Positions 18,820 through 28,777 of a DNA stretch of 64,000 bases are shown here, piece after piece. This DNA is from an uncultured Bacilli bacterium (lineage in GTDB: Bacteria > Bacillota_I > Bacilli_A > RF39 > UBA660), in NCBI GenBank assembly GCA_947588765.1, contig CANPZG010000003.1, positions 2,032-66,031 on the forward strand. The letters are read 5' to 3'. A program made the position numbers and the translations under genes. Positions within the stretch are counted from its first letter, which is position 1; each line of letters starts with the position of its first letter. The notes below the pieces were generated by a model. It did not search any database. It had not been told where the DNA came from and saw only the letters and a program-made list of their open reading frames with translations.

Positions 18820-18848
18820 AATATACTATATTTTTAAGAAAATGTCAA
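18820..18848 (-). promoter_or_regulatory. promoter TTGACA-17-TATATT driving the repeat RNA and toxin
   Basis: Minus strand: TTGACA at 18848-18843 and TATATT at 18825-18820. Confidence 0.6.
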
Positions 18849-18878
18849 ATAGTACATTAATAGTATATTCAGATTTTA

Positions 18879-21509
18879 TTATTTATTCTTCTTTTCTAAT
18901 ATTGCAGCTCTAGCAGCAGCAAGTCTGGCAATAGGAACTCGATATGGAGAACAAGATACATAATTAAATCCTAATTTATGACAAAAAGCAATTGAGGCAG
19001 GGTCTCCACCATGTTCACCACAAATACCTAAAGAAATATTTGGTCTAACTTTTCTTGCTTGTGTAGCTGCCATTTCCATTAATTTACCAACACCATCTTC
19101 ATCAATACGACTAAATGGATCAGATTCAAAAATTCTCTTTTCATAATAAGAACCTAGAAATTTACCAGCATCATCACGACTAAAGCCATATGTCATTTGC
19201 GTTAAGTCATTAGTACCAAAGCTAAAGAATTCTGCTTCTTCAGCAATTCTATCGGCTAAAAGAGCTGCTCTTGGGATTTCAATCATTGTTCCAACTTGAT
19301 ATTTAATATCTAAGCCTGATTCTTTAATTAGTTCATCAGCTACTTCGACAACGACATTTTTAACATATTTTAATTCATTAACATCACCAACAAGCGGAAT
19401 CATTATTTCTGGTTCAATAGTTGTACCTTTTTTAGTTACGTTAATTGCTGCTTCAATTACCGCTCTTGTTTGCATTTTAGCTATTTCTGGGTATGTCACT
19501 GCTAAACGACAACCACGATGCCCCATCATTGGATTGAATTCTTTTAGTGATGCAATAACATCTTTTAATTCTTGTTCTTTTTTACCTAAATCTTTCGCAA
19601 GTTCTTTAATTTCTTCATCAGTTTTAGGTAAAAATTCATGTAGAGGTGGATCAAGATAACGTATTATAACTGGATATGGAGCCATAGCTTCAAATAAGCC
19701 TTCAAAGTCTTCTCTTTGATAAGGTAAAATTAATTCTAAAGCTTTTTCTCTTTCTTCCACTGTTGTTGCACAAATCATTTTTCTAAAATTAAATATTCTA
19801 TTCTTTTCAAAAAACATGTGTTCTGTCCGACATAAGCCAATTCCTTCAGCTCCAAAAAGTCTTGCTTGTTTCGCATCTTTTGGAGTATCAGCATTAGTTC
19901 TAATACTTAAAGTTCTTGCTTTATCAGCCCAAGACATAAAGGTTTCAAAATCACCACTTATCGTCGCAGCAACTTTTTCAATTTTTCCTTCATAAACTTT
20001 ACCAGTAGTTCCATCAACAGAAATATAATCACCTTCATGTAAAACTAAACCATCTTTTGTTTTTAAAGTTTTTTCTTCTTCATTTAAAGTAAAGTCTCCT
20101 ACTCCAGATACACAGCAAATACCCATACCACGAGCAACAACGGCCGCATGGCTAGTCATACCACCACGAATAGTAAGTACTCCTTCACTTGAATTCATTC
20201 CTTCAATATCTTCAGGAGATGTTTCTAAACGAACTAAAACTGCTTCTTCACCATTTTTCTTCGCTTCAATAACTTTACTTGATTCAAAATAAATTTTACC
20301 TGAACCAGCCCCAGGTGAAGCCGCCAAACCTTGACCTATAACTTTCTTGGTTTTTAAATCTTTTTCGCTAAATGTAGGATGAAGTAAAGCATCTAATTGT
20401 TTAGGGTCAACCATACATACGGCATCTTCTTCACTAATACGACCTTCTTTAACTAAATCAACCGCAATTTTAACCGCAGCTGTAGCCGTTCTTTTACCAT
20501 TTCTCGTTTGTAAAATGAATAATTTACCATTTTCAATTGTAAATTCCATATCTTGCATATCGTTATAATGATTTTCAAGCTTTTCAGCAATATTAACAAA
20601 TTCTTGATATACTTCTGGCATAACTTTAGCTAAAGTATCAATTTCCGCAGGGGTACGAACACCTGCAACAACATCTTCACCTTGCGCATTAATTAGGTAT
20701 TCGCCAAAAATTTTCTTTTCGCCGGTAGCTGGATTTCTGGTAAATGCTACACCAGTACCAGAGTTATCGTTCGTATTACCATAAACCATTTCTTGAACAT
20801 TAACAGCCGTTCCCCATGAACCTGGAATATCATTTAGTCTTCTGTAATAGATTGCTCTTTCATTATTCCAACTTCTAAATACCGCTTTAACTGCTTCAAT
20901 TAATTGCACAAATGGATCTTGAGGAAATTCTTCACCAGCATTTCTTTTATATTCTTCTTTGAACTTCTTAGTTAAATAAACCATGTCATCTTCATCAAGT
21001 TCAATATCTAATTTTTTACCTTTTTCATTTTTTACTTCATCGATAATTTCTTCAAATTTTTTCTTTGAGTATCCCTTTACAACATCACTAAACATTTGAA
21101 TAAATCTACGATATGAGTCATAAACAAATCTTTTGTTATTACTTCTTTTCGCAAAAGATTCCGCAATTTCATCATTTAAACCTAGATTAAGAATAGTATC
21201 CATCATTCCTGGCATACTTACTCTTGCCCCACTACGGACACTAACTAAAAGGGGATTATCTAAATCACCAAATTTCTTTCCAGTTAATTTTTCTAATTCA
21301 CTTATTTTTGTTTTGATTTCCGTAACAATATTATCGGCAATTTTTTCATTATTGTTATAATATTCGTTACAAGCATCAGTTGTAATGATAAATCCTTGAG
21401 GTACTGGTAAGCCAATATTTGTCATTTCGGCAAGATTAGCACCTTTACCACCAAGTAAATTTTTCATATCTTTGTTTCCTTCATGAAACATATAAACATA
21501 CTTTTCCAT
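18879..21509 (-). CDS. ppdK: pyruvate, phosphate dikinase
   Basis: Full-length PPDK pattern (GGKGANLAEM, the GGMTSHAAVVARG phospho-His loop, GLCRTEHMF, and a C-terminal PEP-utilising TIM barrel). The likely start is MEKYVYMF after GGAGGA. Confidence 0.95.
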   Translation of the reverse strand: MEKYVYMFHEGNKDMKNLLGGKGANLAEMTNIGLPVPQGFIITTDACNEYYNNNEKIADNIVTEIKTKISELEKLTGKKFGDLDNPLLVSVRSGARVSMPGMMDTILNLGLNDEIAESFAKRSNNKRFVYDSYRRFIQMFSDVVKGYSKKKFEEIIDEVKNEKGKKLDIELDEDDMVYLTKKFKEEYKRNAGEEFPQDPFVQLIEAVKAVFRSWNNERAIYYRRLNDIPGSWGTAVNVQEMVYGNTNDNSGTGVAFTRNPATGEKKIFGEYLINAQGEDVVAGVRTPAEIDTLAKVMPEVYQEFVNIAEKLENHYNDMQDMEFTIENGKLFILQTRNGKRTATAAVKIAVDLVKEGRISEEDAVCMVDPKQLDALLHPTFSEKDLKTKKVIGQGLAASPGAGSGKIYFESSKVIEAKKNGEEAVLVRLETSPEDIEGMNSSEGVLTIRGGMTSHAAVVARGMGICCVSGVGDFTLNEEEKTLKTKDGLVLHEGDYISVDGTTGKVYEGKIEKVAATISGDFETFMSWADKARTLSIRTNADTPKDAKQARLFGAEGIGLCRTEHMFFEKNRIFNFRKMICATTVEEREKALELILPYQREDFEGLFEAMAPYPVIIRYLDPPLHEFLPKTDEEIKELAKDLGKKEQELKDVIASLKEFNPMMGHRGCRLAVTYPEIAKMQTRAVIEAAINVTKKGTTIEPEIMIPLVGDVNELKYVKNVVVEVADELIKESGLDIKYQVGTMIEIPRAALLADRIAEEAEFFSFGTNDLTQMTYGFSRDDAGKFLGSYYEKRIFESDPFSRIDEDGVGKLMEMAATQARKVRPNISLGICGEHGGDPASIAFCHKLGFNYVSCSPYRVPIARLAAARAAILEKKNK

Positions 21510-21588
21510 AATATCCTCCAATAATTATTTTATCATGCAATAAAAAAGTAAACAATTAAATTGTTCACTTTTAACACATTTTTACCAT

Positions 21589-22017
21589 TTAACCACCATA
21601 TTTGGCATAAACAATATTATTTTCTAGCCAAATATAGACTATTTTATCATTTACACTTTCACCAGTTACATCATTAATCATTACTTTATTATCTGAACTA
21701 TCTCGATCATCAGTAGTAACATAATTTCTTTTTAATAAATAATCAATCGTAATTTCTAAACAATGATATGATTCTTCGCCTTCACTTTCCATGAAAGTAC
21801 ATTTACTAGTTCCATCCGCCATCATTAAATAACGATTATCTTCTCCAAAAGAAGCCGCACCATTTTCAATTAATTTTATCTTATTATTCCAAAGATTAGT
21901 TTTAATTATTTTGGATACTTCTGAAATACTATATGAACCTAAAACAGCCACAATTGCTAAAATTGTAATAACACCTAATAATTCCACTAGGGTAAACCCA
22001 TTTTTCTTCATATTCAC
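21589..22017 (-). CDS. prepilin-type N-terminal cleavage/methylation domain protein (ComGC or type IV pilin-like)
   Basis: The N-terminus KKNG|FTLVELLGVITILAIVAV has the class III signal with Glu at +5. The start is either the GTG at 22017 or the ATG at 22011. Confidence 0.8.
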   Translation of the reverse strand: MNMKKNGFTLVELLGVITILAIVAVLGSYSISEVSKIIKTNLWNNKIKLIENGAASFGEDNRYLMMADGTSKCTFMESEGEESYHCLEITIDYLLKRNYVTTDDRDSSDNKVMINDVTGESVNDKIVYIWLENNIVYAKYGG

Positions 22018-22575
22018 CTACTTTAGCATTAATTTTAATGCTTCTTTAACTTGATTTTCTAATGTTTCACTTGGATTAACAGAAGGAATTACTTTTTTAA
22101 TTTCACTTAATTTATATCCTAAACTTTCTAAAACACTCATTAATTCTTCAGTATTATTATTTTCTTCTTCAACATTACCTTCAATATTAATTTTATTTTT
22201 TAAATCTAAAATAATTTGTTTAGCTAACTTTTCACCAATTTTAGGAAATTTAGTTAAATATAAAATATTTTCTCTATTTATTGCATCAACTATACCATTG
22301 ATAGAACCAGTAGCTATAATTGGTAAAGCTAATTTAGGACCTAATCCTTTAACCGAAATAAGTTTTAAAAATAATTCATATTCTTCTTTTATTTTAAATC
22401 CAAATAAAGATACATCATCCTCACTTATCTTAGTATAAACATATACTTTATATTCATTATCTATATTATAACTAAAAGGGTTAGGTACATATATTTTATA
22501 CCCAACTCCATTACAATCAACAGTTATATTATTACCTTCAATTTCAGTAACTATTCCTTTAAAATATGTATACAT
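22018..22575 (-). CDS. ruvA: Holliday junction branch migration complex subunit RuvA
   Basis: N-terminal OB fold (MYTYFKGIV...V.CNGVGY.I), HhH motifs (VKGLGPKLALPI, FPKIGEKLAKQI) and domain III. Confidence 0.85.
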   Translation of the reverse strand: MYTYFKGIVTEIEGNNITVDCNGVGYKIYVPNPFSYNIDNEYKVYVYTKISEDDVSLFGFKIKEEYELFLKLISVKGLGPKLALPIIATGSINGIVDAINRENILYLTKFPKIGEKLAKQIILDLKNKINIEGNVEEENNNTEELMSVLESLGYKLSEIKKVIPSVNPSETLENQVKEALKLMLK

Positions 22576-22597
22576 ATATTTCTCCCACTTTTACTAA

Positions 22598-24202
22598 TTA
22601 TGATAAATCTAAACGATATGGACTTTCCATTGTACCAATTGTATCAATACTGTTTTTAACTTTAGTTGATGCAGTAATATAAAAGGTAGGTCTAACAGAT
22701 ACAGCATCAGACGTTACTGTATGACTATTACTTGTCCACACATAATTTTTGTATCTATTAACATATGAATCTGTTCCACGCGGTGTACGAGAAATAGTCC
22801 ATTCCACAAGGCCTTCATATAACCAATTATTATCAATTATCTTATCAATTTCATAATTAAGGAATGACTCGTTCCAATTATTTGATGTGGTAGCATACAT
22901 ATAATCACTCTTATACATTAATCCTATTTTTGCTATATATGTTAGATCATTTACTTGATTGCATAATCTTTTAGTATTAATTATTAAAGTTTTACTTTTT
23001 TGAGTATAACAATTACCATTAGTAGTAGTTTTATTTTTACCCAATTCATTTTCATATGTGACTTTGGCATTTCCTAATTCACTTATACCACCAACTACCC
23101 AAATATTATTTGAAATATGGTTTACAAGTCCAGCAACATTTGAGGTTAAATAATTTAAATAAAAATTGTTAAGATTCATTTTATTTAGATTACTTTCTTC
23201 CCACATATCCGAATTTATATTCTTTTCTTCATTTGGAAGAGAGTTATTAAAAGCATAATAGTTATTTTGACCTATATACGCACCTCCAATAATTGCTGAA
23301 TCCCCTAATTGTTCCTTAGTTGCTTCCTTAGCCTTAATAAGTTTCATTTCATATAAATTTTCATCATTTTTAAATAAGCCAATAATACGATAAAGATTCA
23401 TATCTCCATTTTGACAAGCGCCTTCAGTAGTTACACCGTCTAAACAAACATAATTGTTTTTTACTACATCATTTCCACCACTATAGCGATATGAATAGTC
23501 TTCGGCATCCATTATTTGTCCGTCTATTTTTATCGTTCCATTATGATAAAGTAATGTATCATCTTTCTTATTAATTAAATATTCAGCCATACTTTCAACT
23601 CTATCAAAAGATTTAACAGAAACTCCTATTTTAAAGCTTTGATTCATTGGAACATTTTCTGTCTTGCTACTATCAAGCCATATATGTAATTTATATTCAC
23701 TTTCTCCTTTTAAAGGAATATTATTTGTAAATACTTTATATATCTTTTTATAACCTTTTGTTACACCACTATTTAATTGATTTTTTTCGGCATCAGTTAA
23801 ATCTTTTTCTCCATCAGGCATACTTGTTAATATATCACTAGCCAAAACTGTATCATTTTTACTTGTTATAGCAAATTTAATTGTACCATCATCTATTTCT
23901 GATTCATAAGTAGTTAAGTATAAATCAAAGCCAACGTAATTATCACATGTACTTGATACTGTAAAATCATAGGCGTCCGTTTGTAATCCCATTTCATCAT
24001 CCATAGGATACATATTTGTTAAATTAATAGTATTACTATTTTCTTTTAATGAAATCTTAGCACAACTATTAACCTTTACATCAGTATTTTTATCACCACT
24101 TGTTTTACTCTTCATATAGGAATATGTTGCATTTAAAGATAATATTGCAACAATTAATGTTCCTAAAAAAGTTAATAATATTACTTTTGTTCTCTTATTC
24201 AT
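22598..24202 (-). CDS. signal-anchored secreted or surface protein, family member 2
   Basis: N-terminal TM helix ending in ATYSYMKS, with YSYRYSGG..NNYVC...LYRIIGLF, IGLMYKSDYMY, NWLYEGLVEWTISR, and a C-terminal VRPTFYI...GTMESPYRL. Confidence 0.8.
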   Translation of the reverse strand: MNKRTKVILLTFLGTLIVAILSLNATYSYMKSKTSGDKNTDVKVNSCAKISLKENSNTINLTNMYPMDDEMGLQTDAYDFTVSSTCDNYVGFDLYLTTYESEIDDGTIKFAITSKNDTVLASDILTSMPDGEKDLTDAEKNQLNSGVTKGYKKIYKVFTNNIPLKGESEYKLHIWLDSSKTENVPMNQSFKIGVSVKSFDRVESMAEYLINKKDDTLLYHNGTIKIDGQIMDAEDYSYRYSGGNDVVKNNYVCLDGVTTEGACQNGDMNLYRIIGLFKNDENLYEMKLIKAKEATKEQLGDSAIIGGAYIGQNNYYAFNNSLPNEEKNINSDMWEESNLNKMNLNNFYLNYLTSNVAGLVNHISNNIWVVGGISELGNAKVTYENELGKNKTTTNGNCYTQKSKTLIINTKRLCNQVNDLTYIAKIGLMYKSDYMYATTSNNWNESFLNYEIDKIIDNNWLYEGLVEWTISRTPRGTDSYVNRYKNYVWTSNSHTVTSDAVSVRPTFYITASTKVKNSIDTIGTMESPYRLDLS

Positions 24203-24282
24203 ATATCCTCACCTTACAATAAAATAATAACATTATCTTATAATTTTTTCAACAAAAAACTAGTATTATAGACAAATACTAG

Positions 24283-25551
24283 TTAACCTTTAAATTCAAA
24301 AATATAATCCATAATTTGAATTTCATCACCTGGTTTTGCTCCAAGACGTTCTAATTCATCATCTACACCCATACCTTTAAGTTTTCTCGCAAATCTTAAA
24401 ACTCCCTCTTCTTCCTCGAATCTAGTCATTTTAAATAGTTTTTCGATTTTTTCACCTTCAACAATCCAAATATCATCTTCTTTATGAATTTTAAATGGTT
24501 TATCATCTTCATAAGTATAAGTTTTTTCTTCGACATCGAGATTATATAAATTTTCATCAGGTATTTCTTCTAGTAAATCCATTAAAGTTGTAAGTAAAGC
24601 TTCAATTCCAGTATTATTAATCGAACTTATTGGGAAGATTAATTTATCCGGATATTTTTCTTTAAATTTCTTTAGATTTTCATTTGACGAAGCAACATCC
24701 ATTTTATTAGCCACAATTACTTCCATTTTGTTAGCTAATTTTTCATCATATTCTTCAATTTCTTTTCGAATAACTTTATAGTCTTTAATTGGATCTCTTC
24801 CTTCAGTAGCTGCCATATCAATAACATGGGCTAGTATCTTTGTTCTTTTCGCGTGTTTCAAAAAGCTTGTGCCTAGACCTACGCCTTCACTAGCGCCTTC
24901 AATTAAACCCGGTAAATCAGCCATAACAAAGGAACGATAATCTTTAAGACGAACTACCCCAAGATTTGGTGATAAAGTCGTAAAGTGATATGCCGCAATC
25001 TTAGGTTTTGAAGCGGATATTTGGGATAATAAGGTACTCTTACCAACACTAGGCATACCAATTAAACCGACATCGGCTAAAACTTTTAATTCCAATTTAA
25101 TTGTTTTTTCTTCGCCCGGTTCCCCTTTTTCACTAAATTTTGGTGCTGGATTATCATGCGTCGCAAAAGCTTTATTACCACGTCCGCCACGACCACCTAA
25201 AGCAACAACAAATTCTTCTTTATCTTGAGTCATATCCGCTAAAACAGTATTTGATTCATTATCAATAATTGTTGTACCTGCTGGTACTAATAAATAAATA
25301 TCTTCCGCATTAGCTCCATATTTATTAGAACCTTTACCATTTATTCCTTTTTCCCCTTTAATTATTTTTTTATAACTAAAATCAATTAAAGTTTTTAAAT
25401 TATTATCTACTTTAAAAATTATACTGGCACCTTTGCCACCATTGCCACCATCTGGTCCCCCCATAGGAACAAATTTTTCACGACGAAATGAAGTACATCC
25501 ATCTCCCCCAGCACCTGCAATAACTTTTATGACAATTTCATCAACAAACAT
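24283..25551 (-). CDS. obg: GTPase Obg/CgtA
   Basis: Obg fold with glycine-rich repeats (GGDGGNGGKG, GGRGGRGN), G1 GMPSVGKST, G3 DLPGLIEGA, G4 NKMD and an OCT domain. The likely start is MFVDE after GGTGA. Confidence 0.95.
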   Translation of the reverse strand: MFVDEIVIKVIAGAGGDGCTSFRREKFVPMGGPDGGNGGKGASIIFKVDNNLKTLIDFSYKKIIKGEKGINGKGSNKYGANAEDIYLLVPAGTTIIDNESNTVLADMTQDKEEFVVALGGRGGRGNKAFATHDNPAPKFSEKGEPGEEKTIKLELKVLADVGLIGMPSVGKSTLLSQISASKPKIAAYHFTTLSPNLGVVRLKDYRSFVMADLPGLIEGASEGVGLGTSFLKHAKRTKILAHVIDMAATEGRDPIKDYKVIRKEIEEYDEKLANKMEVIVANKMDVASSNENLKKFKEKYPDKLIFPISSINNTGIEALLTTLMDLLEEIPDENLYNLDVEEKTYTYEDDKPFKIHKEDDIWIVEGEKIEKLFKMTRFEEEEGVLRFARKLKGMGVDDELERLGAKPGDEIQIMDYIFEFKG

Positions 25552-25621
25552 TTTTATCACCAACTTTTTATATTGTTATTATATAAAAGTTCCCAAAAGT
25601 TTGCAAGAGAAGTTAAGAGTT

Positions 25622-26290
25622 TTATTTCCATCTTGTTAAATACATATATTCTTCAATATGCATTTGATGATAATTATCATCATATTCCATCATCTCATTA
25701 TATAACTCCATGAATGGTCCATTGAATGGACGATACCGGCATCCATCATTACAAAAACGAATGGTAACATCGGGAATAAAATCTTTTAAAGATTCTTCTT
25801 TTTTTACTTTTACTTTAAATTGCAGCAACATACCATCAACTATTGGTTTAATTATAACCCAACTCGGAGGAAACTCATTATCCCATCCTTCATCTTTAAT
25901 ACAATCTTCACTATACCAAATTATTTTATCATCAAAAACTAATTTACTTCTTTCGAAGAAAAATAATCTTTTTTCTTCCTCAATTACTTTTTTATAATCT
26001 GCTATGTTACGCCAACAACGATTTTCTAATTCAAAATTCGTTATTTTAGATTTATAAAAAAATATTTTATTATATAAATCTCTAAATTTTTCATATAAAT
26101 CATAATCTTCTTTGGTAATTACAAAATCATAATAAACATAAGGAAATTCAATTTTAGAATGTTTACCTGTTATATGCCAATATAAATCACCATTTCCCCC
26201 ATAAGTCATGTATAAACTATTATCTTTATTTTTATATTCAATATCTTGACATTTAAAATGAGGATTATTTATTTTTCTAATTTCAATCAT
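25622..26290 (-). CDS. hypothetical cytoplasmic protein (222 aa)
   Basis: Clean ORF with no recognised family. It lies in an insertion between rpmA and obg. Confidence 0.7.
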   Translation of the reverse strand: MIEIRKINNPHFKCQDIEYKNKDNSLYMTYGGNGDLYWHITGKHSKIEFPYVYYDFVITKEDYDLYEKFRDLYNKIFFYKSKITNFELENRCWRNIADYKKVIEEEKRLFFFERSKLVFDDKIIWYSEDCIKDEGWDNEFPPSWVIIKPIVDGMLLQFKVKVKKEESLKDFIPDVTIRFCNDGCRYRPFNGPFMELYNEMMEYDDNYHQMHIEEYMYLTRWK

Positions 26291-26400
26291 TTTGTTTTCC
26301 TTTAACTTTCATTAAATATAAATATTCTTCAATTTGTATTTTCTTGATTATTTTTTCATCTATAATTCTTTAATGACATAAATTAAATTTCAATTATTAT
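26291..26400 (-). pseudogene. decayed remnant of a paralog of the 25622-26290 gene
   Basis: A short frame ..IIDEKIIKKIQIEEYLYLMKVKGKQND* mirrors the C-terminus ..MHIEEYMYLTRWK*, with about 25/29 nt identity between 26303-26333 and 25634-25664. A mini-start, ATGATAATAATTGAAATTTAA, resembles ATGATTGAAATT. Confidence 0.3.
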
Positions 26401-26468
26401 CATATTTGCTACTGTGCTTATATTATATTATTTATACCATAATTAAACCAATTAAATAAAAGTTAACA

Positions 26469-28091
26469 TTATATTTTTCTAACTTTGTTCATTATTTCTT
26501 CTTTAGGATGAACAATATTTTCTAATGACTCTAAAATATATTCTCTAACATCATTATTATCATAATCTTTATCCATAGTATAAGTTTTGAAATATTTTTG
26601 ACAATATTTAAAAAACTCTTTAAGTTTAGAACTTTCCAAACTAGAAATCAAAACTTTTCGATATTCTTGATAATCAAATTTTATATAACCTTCATCTGAA
26701 TATTTCCATACACTATCACTAGTTCCACTTTCAAATCCACACGAATGACTTCTACCTCTTGTTGTTAGATGTAGTTTAGTTTTACATTTACTATCTAATA
26801 TAAATTTTTTAATTTCTAAAAAAGATAATAAAATATTTCTTGCATCTTCTCTTTGACAAATTTGCTCTAAAGCATTAATTTGTTCTTTAAAGAAGGTTTG
26901 AAATTTTAAAATATAGTAAAAATAGCCGTCATAAAAATTTTCCCGTAATAAATCACCAATAGAATTTTTTTCTGTATCGTAATAGAGTGTTTTAATGGTA
27001 TCATTTTGAAAATTATAAGTACTACCATCAATAGTATAATGATGTTTTCTATTGTAATCACCTTTTAGTAACATATTATATAAATTATAAGAAAAATAGC
27101 GATCATCAAATAACTCACTTTTAAAAGCTCCATAATAACTATCTTTATTAAGCAAATCATCATAAAATGCTTCATTAAGATAAGGAAAATATAAATTCAT
27201 TGGTTTTATAAATTCTAAAATCATTTTTTTATTTTTAGCATCACAATTATTCATTAATTCTATATATCTATTAAATGTCTTCATATCTAATTTATATAAA
27301 CACAATGTTAAAATTTCGTCTCTAGTTATATTAGAATATTTTTTTAATAATTCATCAACATCAATATTTAATAAAATAGAATTTTGAAAAAGAACAATTA
27401 ATTCATGAAAAGGATAAGTTGAAAAATTATATTTAGAATAATTAGCATAGTAAAGTTCATACATTCTATTTATGTCTGGACTATATTTTTGGATAAATTT
27501 AGGACTTAAGATTCTAGTATAAACAGTTTCTTTATCATCTTGTATAACTTTTTTATAACCTAATTCATTTACCCATGCTTTTTTTAAAGTATTAAAACCA
27601 CTGCCTTCTTTTAAGTTAGTTTCTGTAACTTCTTTATCTAGGCCAAATTTGCCTAAAACATCCCAAATATTTATAACAGAAAAAAGCAAAGTTAAAATAT
27701 CAATATTAAAACGGTCTAAAACATCGTTAGTGGTAATCATATTTTCAAGACGATGCAAACCATTAGAATCTTTTCCAAAAATAAATGCAATTCCCCACCT
27801 ATAAAATTCATGAATACTTTCATCTAGACTTTTCAATAAATGTATATAAATTTCCCTTCTAGATTTATTGTATTCTTTAACTTCTTCATAAAACTTTTGG
27901 CCTTCAATAGTAATTGGATTTTTTATATACGATTTTTCTTCTTTTATACTTCTATCATCTGTTATAAGAAAAGCAAAGTAATACAAAAATGTATCTAAAG
28001 CTTTTTTGATTTCTTCATCATTTTTATCTTTTGAAAAGATTCCTAACTTAAATTTTTCACTTATTTCCTCTAAACTATGAGTCATAACCAA
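26469..28091 (-). CDS. hypothetical cytoplasmic protein (540 aa)
   Basis: Long ORF rich in Tyr, Phe, Lys and Asn. No motif was recognised. Confidence 0.7.
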   Translation of the reverse strand: MVMTHSLEEISEKFKLGIFSKDKNDEEIKKALDTFLYYFAFLITDDRSIKEEKSYIKNPITIEGQKFYEEVKEYNKSRREIYIHLLKSLDESIHEFYRWGIAFIFGKDSNGLHRLENMITTNDVLDRFNIDILTLLFSVINIWDVLGKFGLDKEVTETNLKEGSGFNTLKKAWVNELGYKKVIQDDKETVYTRILSPKFIQKYSPDINRMYELYYANYSKYNFSTYPFHELIVLFQNSILLNIDVDELLKKYSNITRDEILTLCLYKLDMKTFNRYIELMNNCDAKNKKMILEFIKPMNLYFPYLNEAFYDDLLNKDSYYGAFKSELFDDRYFSYNLYNMLLKGDYNRKHHYTIDGSTYNFQNDTIKTLYYDTEKNSIGDLLRENFYDGYFYYILKFQTFFKEQINALEQICQREDARNILLSFLEIKKFILDSKCKTKLHLTTRGRSHSCGFESGTSDSVWKYSDEGYIKFDYQEYRKVLISSLESSKLKEFFKYCQKYFKTYTMDKDYDNNDVREYILESLENIVHPKEEIMNKVRKI

Positions 28092-28178
28092 AATCCTCCT
28101 TATTAATTATCTTAATTTTAGCAAAAACAAATTTTATAGTCAATCAATTTATAAAAAAAATCAACCAATAAAGGTTGA

Positions 28179-28472
28179 TTAAGCTGCTTCATAAACACTG
28201 ACTTTTTTACGAGATTTTCCACTTCTTTCATACTTAACTGTACCATTAACTAAGGCAAATAAAGTATGATCTTTTCCCATTCCCACATTCTTACCTGGGA
28301 AAATTTTTGTTCCTCTTTGACGATAAATTATAGCTCCAGCTTTAGCTACTTGACCATCAGCAAGTTTTGCACCAAGTCTACGACCAGCTGAATCACGACC
28401 GTTATCAGTAGATGATTGTCCTTTTTTATGGGCAAAACGTTGAATATCTAACTTAATATATAACTTAAACAT
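28179..28472 (-). CDS. rpmA: 50S ribosomal protein L27 with an N-terminal propeptide
   Basis: AHKKGQSST...GRDS..RLG.K and IIYRQRGTK are L27 motifs. A 13-aa extension, [13 protein letters not shown], precedes them. Confidence 0.95.
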   Translation of the reverse strand: MFKLYIKLDIQRFAHKKGQSSTDNGRDSAGRRLGAKLADGQVAKAGAIIYRQRGTKIFPGKNVGMGKDHTLFALVNGTVKYERSGKSRKKVSVYEAA

Positions 28473-28775
28473 TTATTTTCCTCCTTTTTTAGTAATTTTA
28501 ATATTTTCAGGATATTGATTTTCTAAATTTTCTAATAACCCAATCATATTATCTAGTAAAATAGTTACGACAGTACTTTTTCTTAAAATGGTTATTTTAA
28601 GTAATTTTTCATTATCCACGAAATCAATTGCACTTTTATCAATATTGAAGATGCCATTTACCGTAGTATAGATAATACTAGAGACACTAGCACAAACAAT
28701 ATCTTTCCCATTTTCATCAGCACCAGCATGACCTTTTACACTAATTTCATTTTTTTTAACTTCAATTGTTATCAT
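28473..28775 (-). CDS. prp: ribosomal-processing cysteine protease Prp
   Basis: GHAG....G.DIVCASVS motif, and a position between rplU and rpmA. Confidence 0.85.
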   Translation of the reverse strand: MITIEVKKNEISVKGHAGADENGKDIVCASVSSIIYTTVNGIFNIDKSAIDFVDNEKLLKITILRKSTVVTILLDNMIGLLENLENQYPENIKITKKGGK

Positions 28776-28777
28776 TA

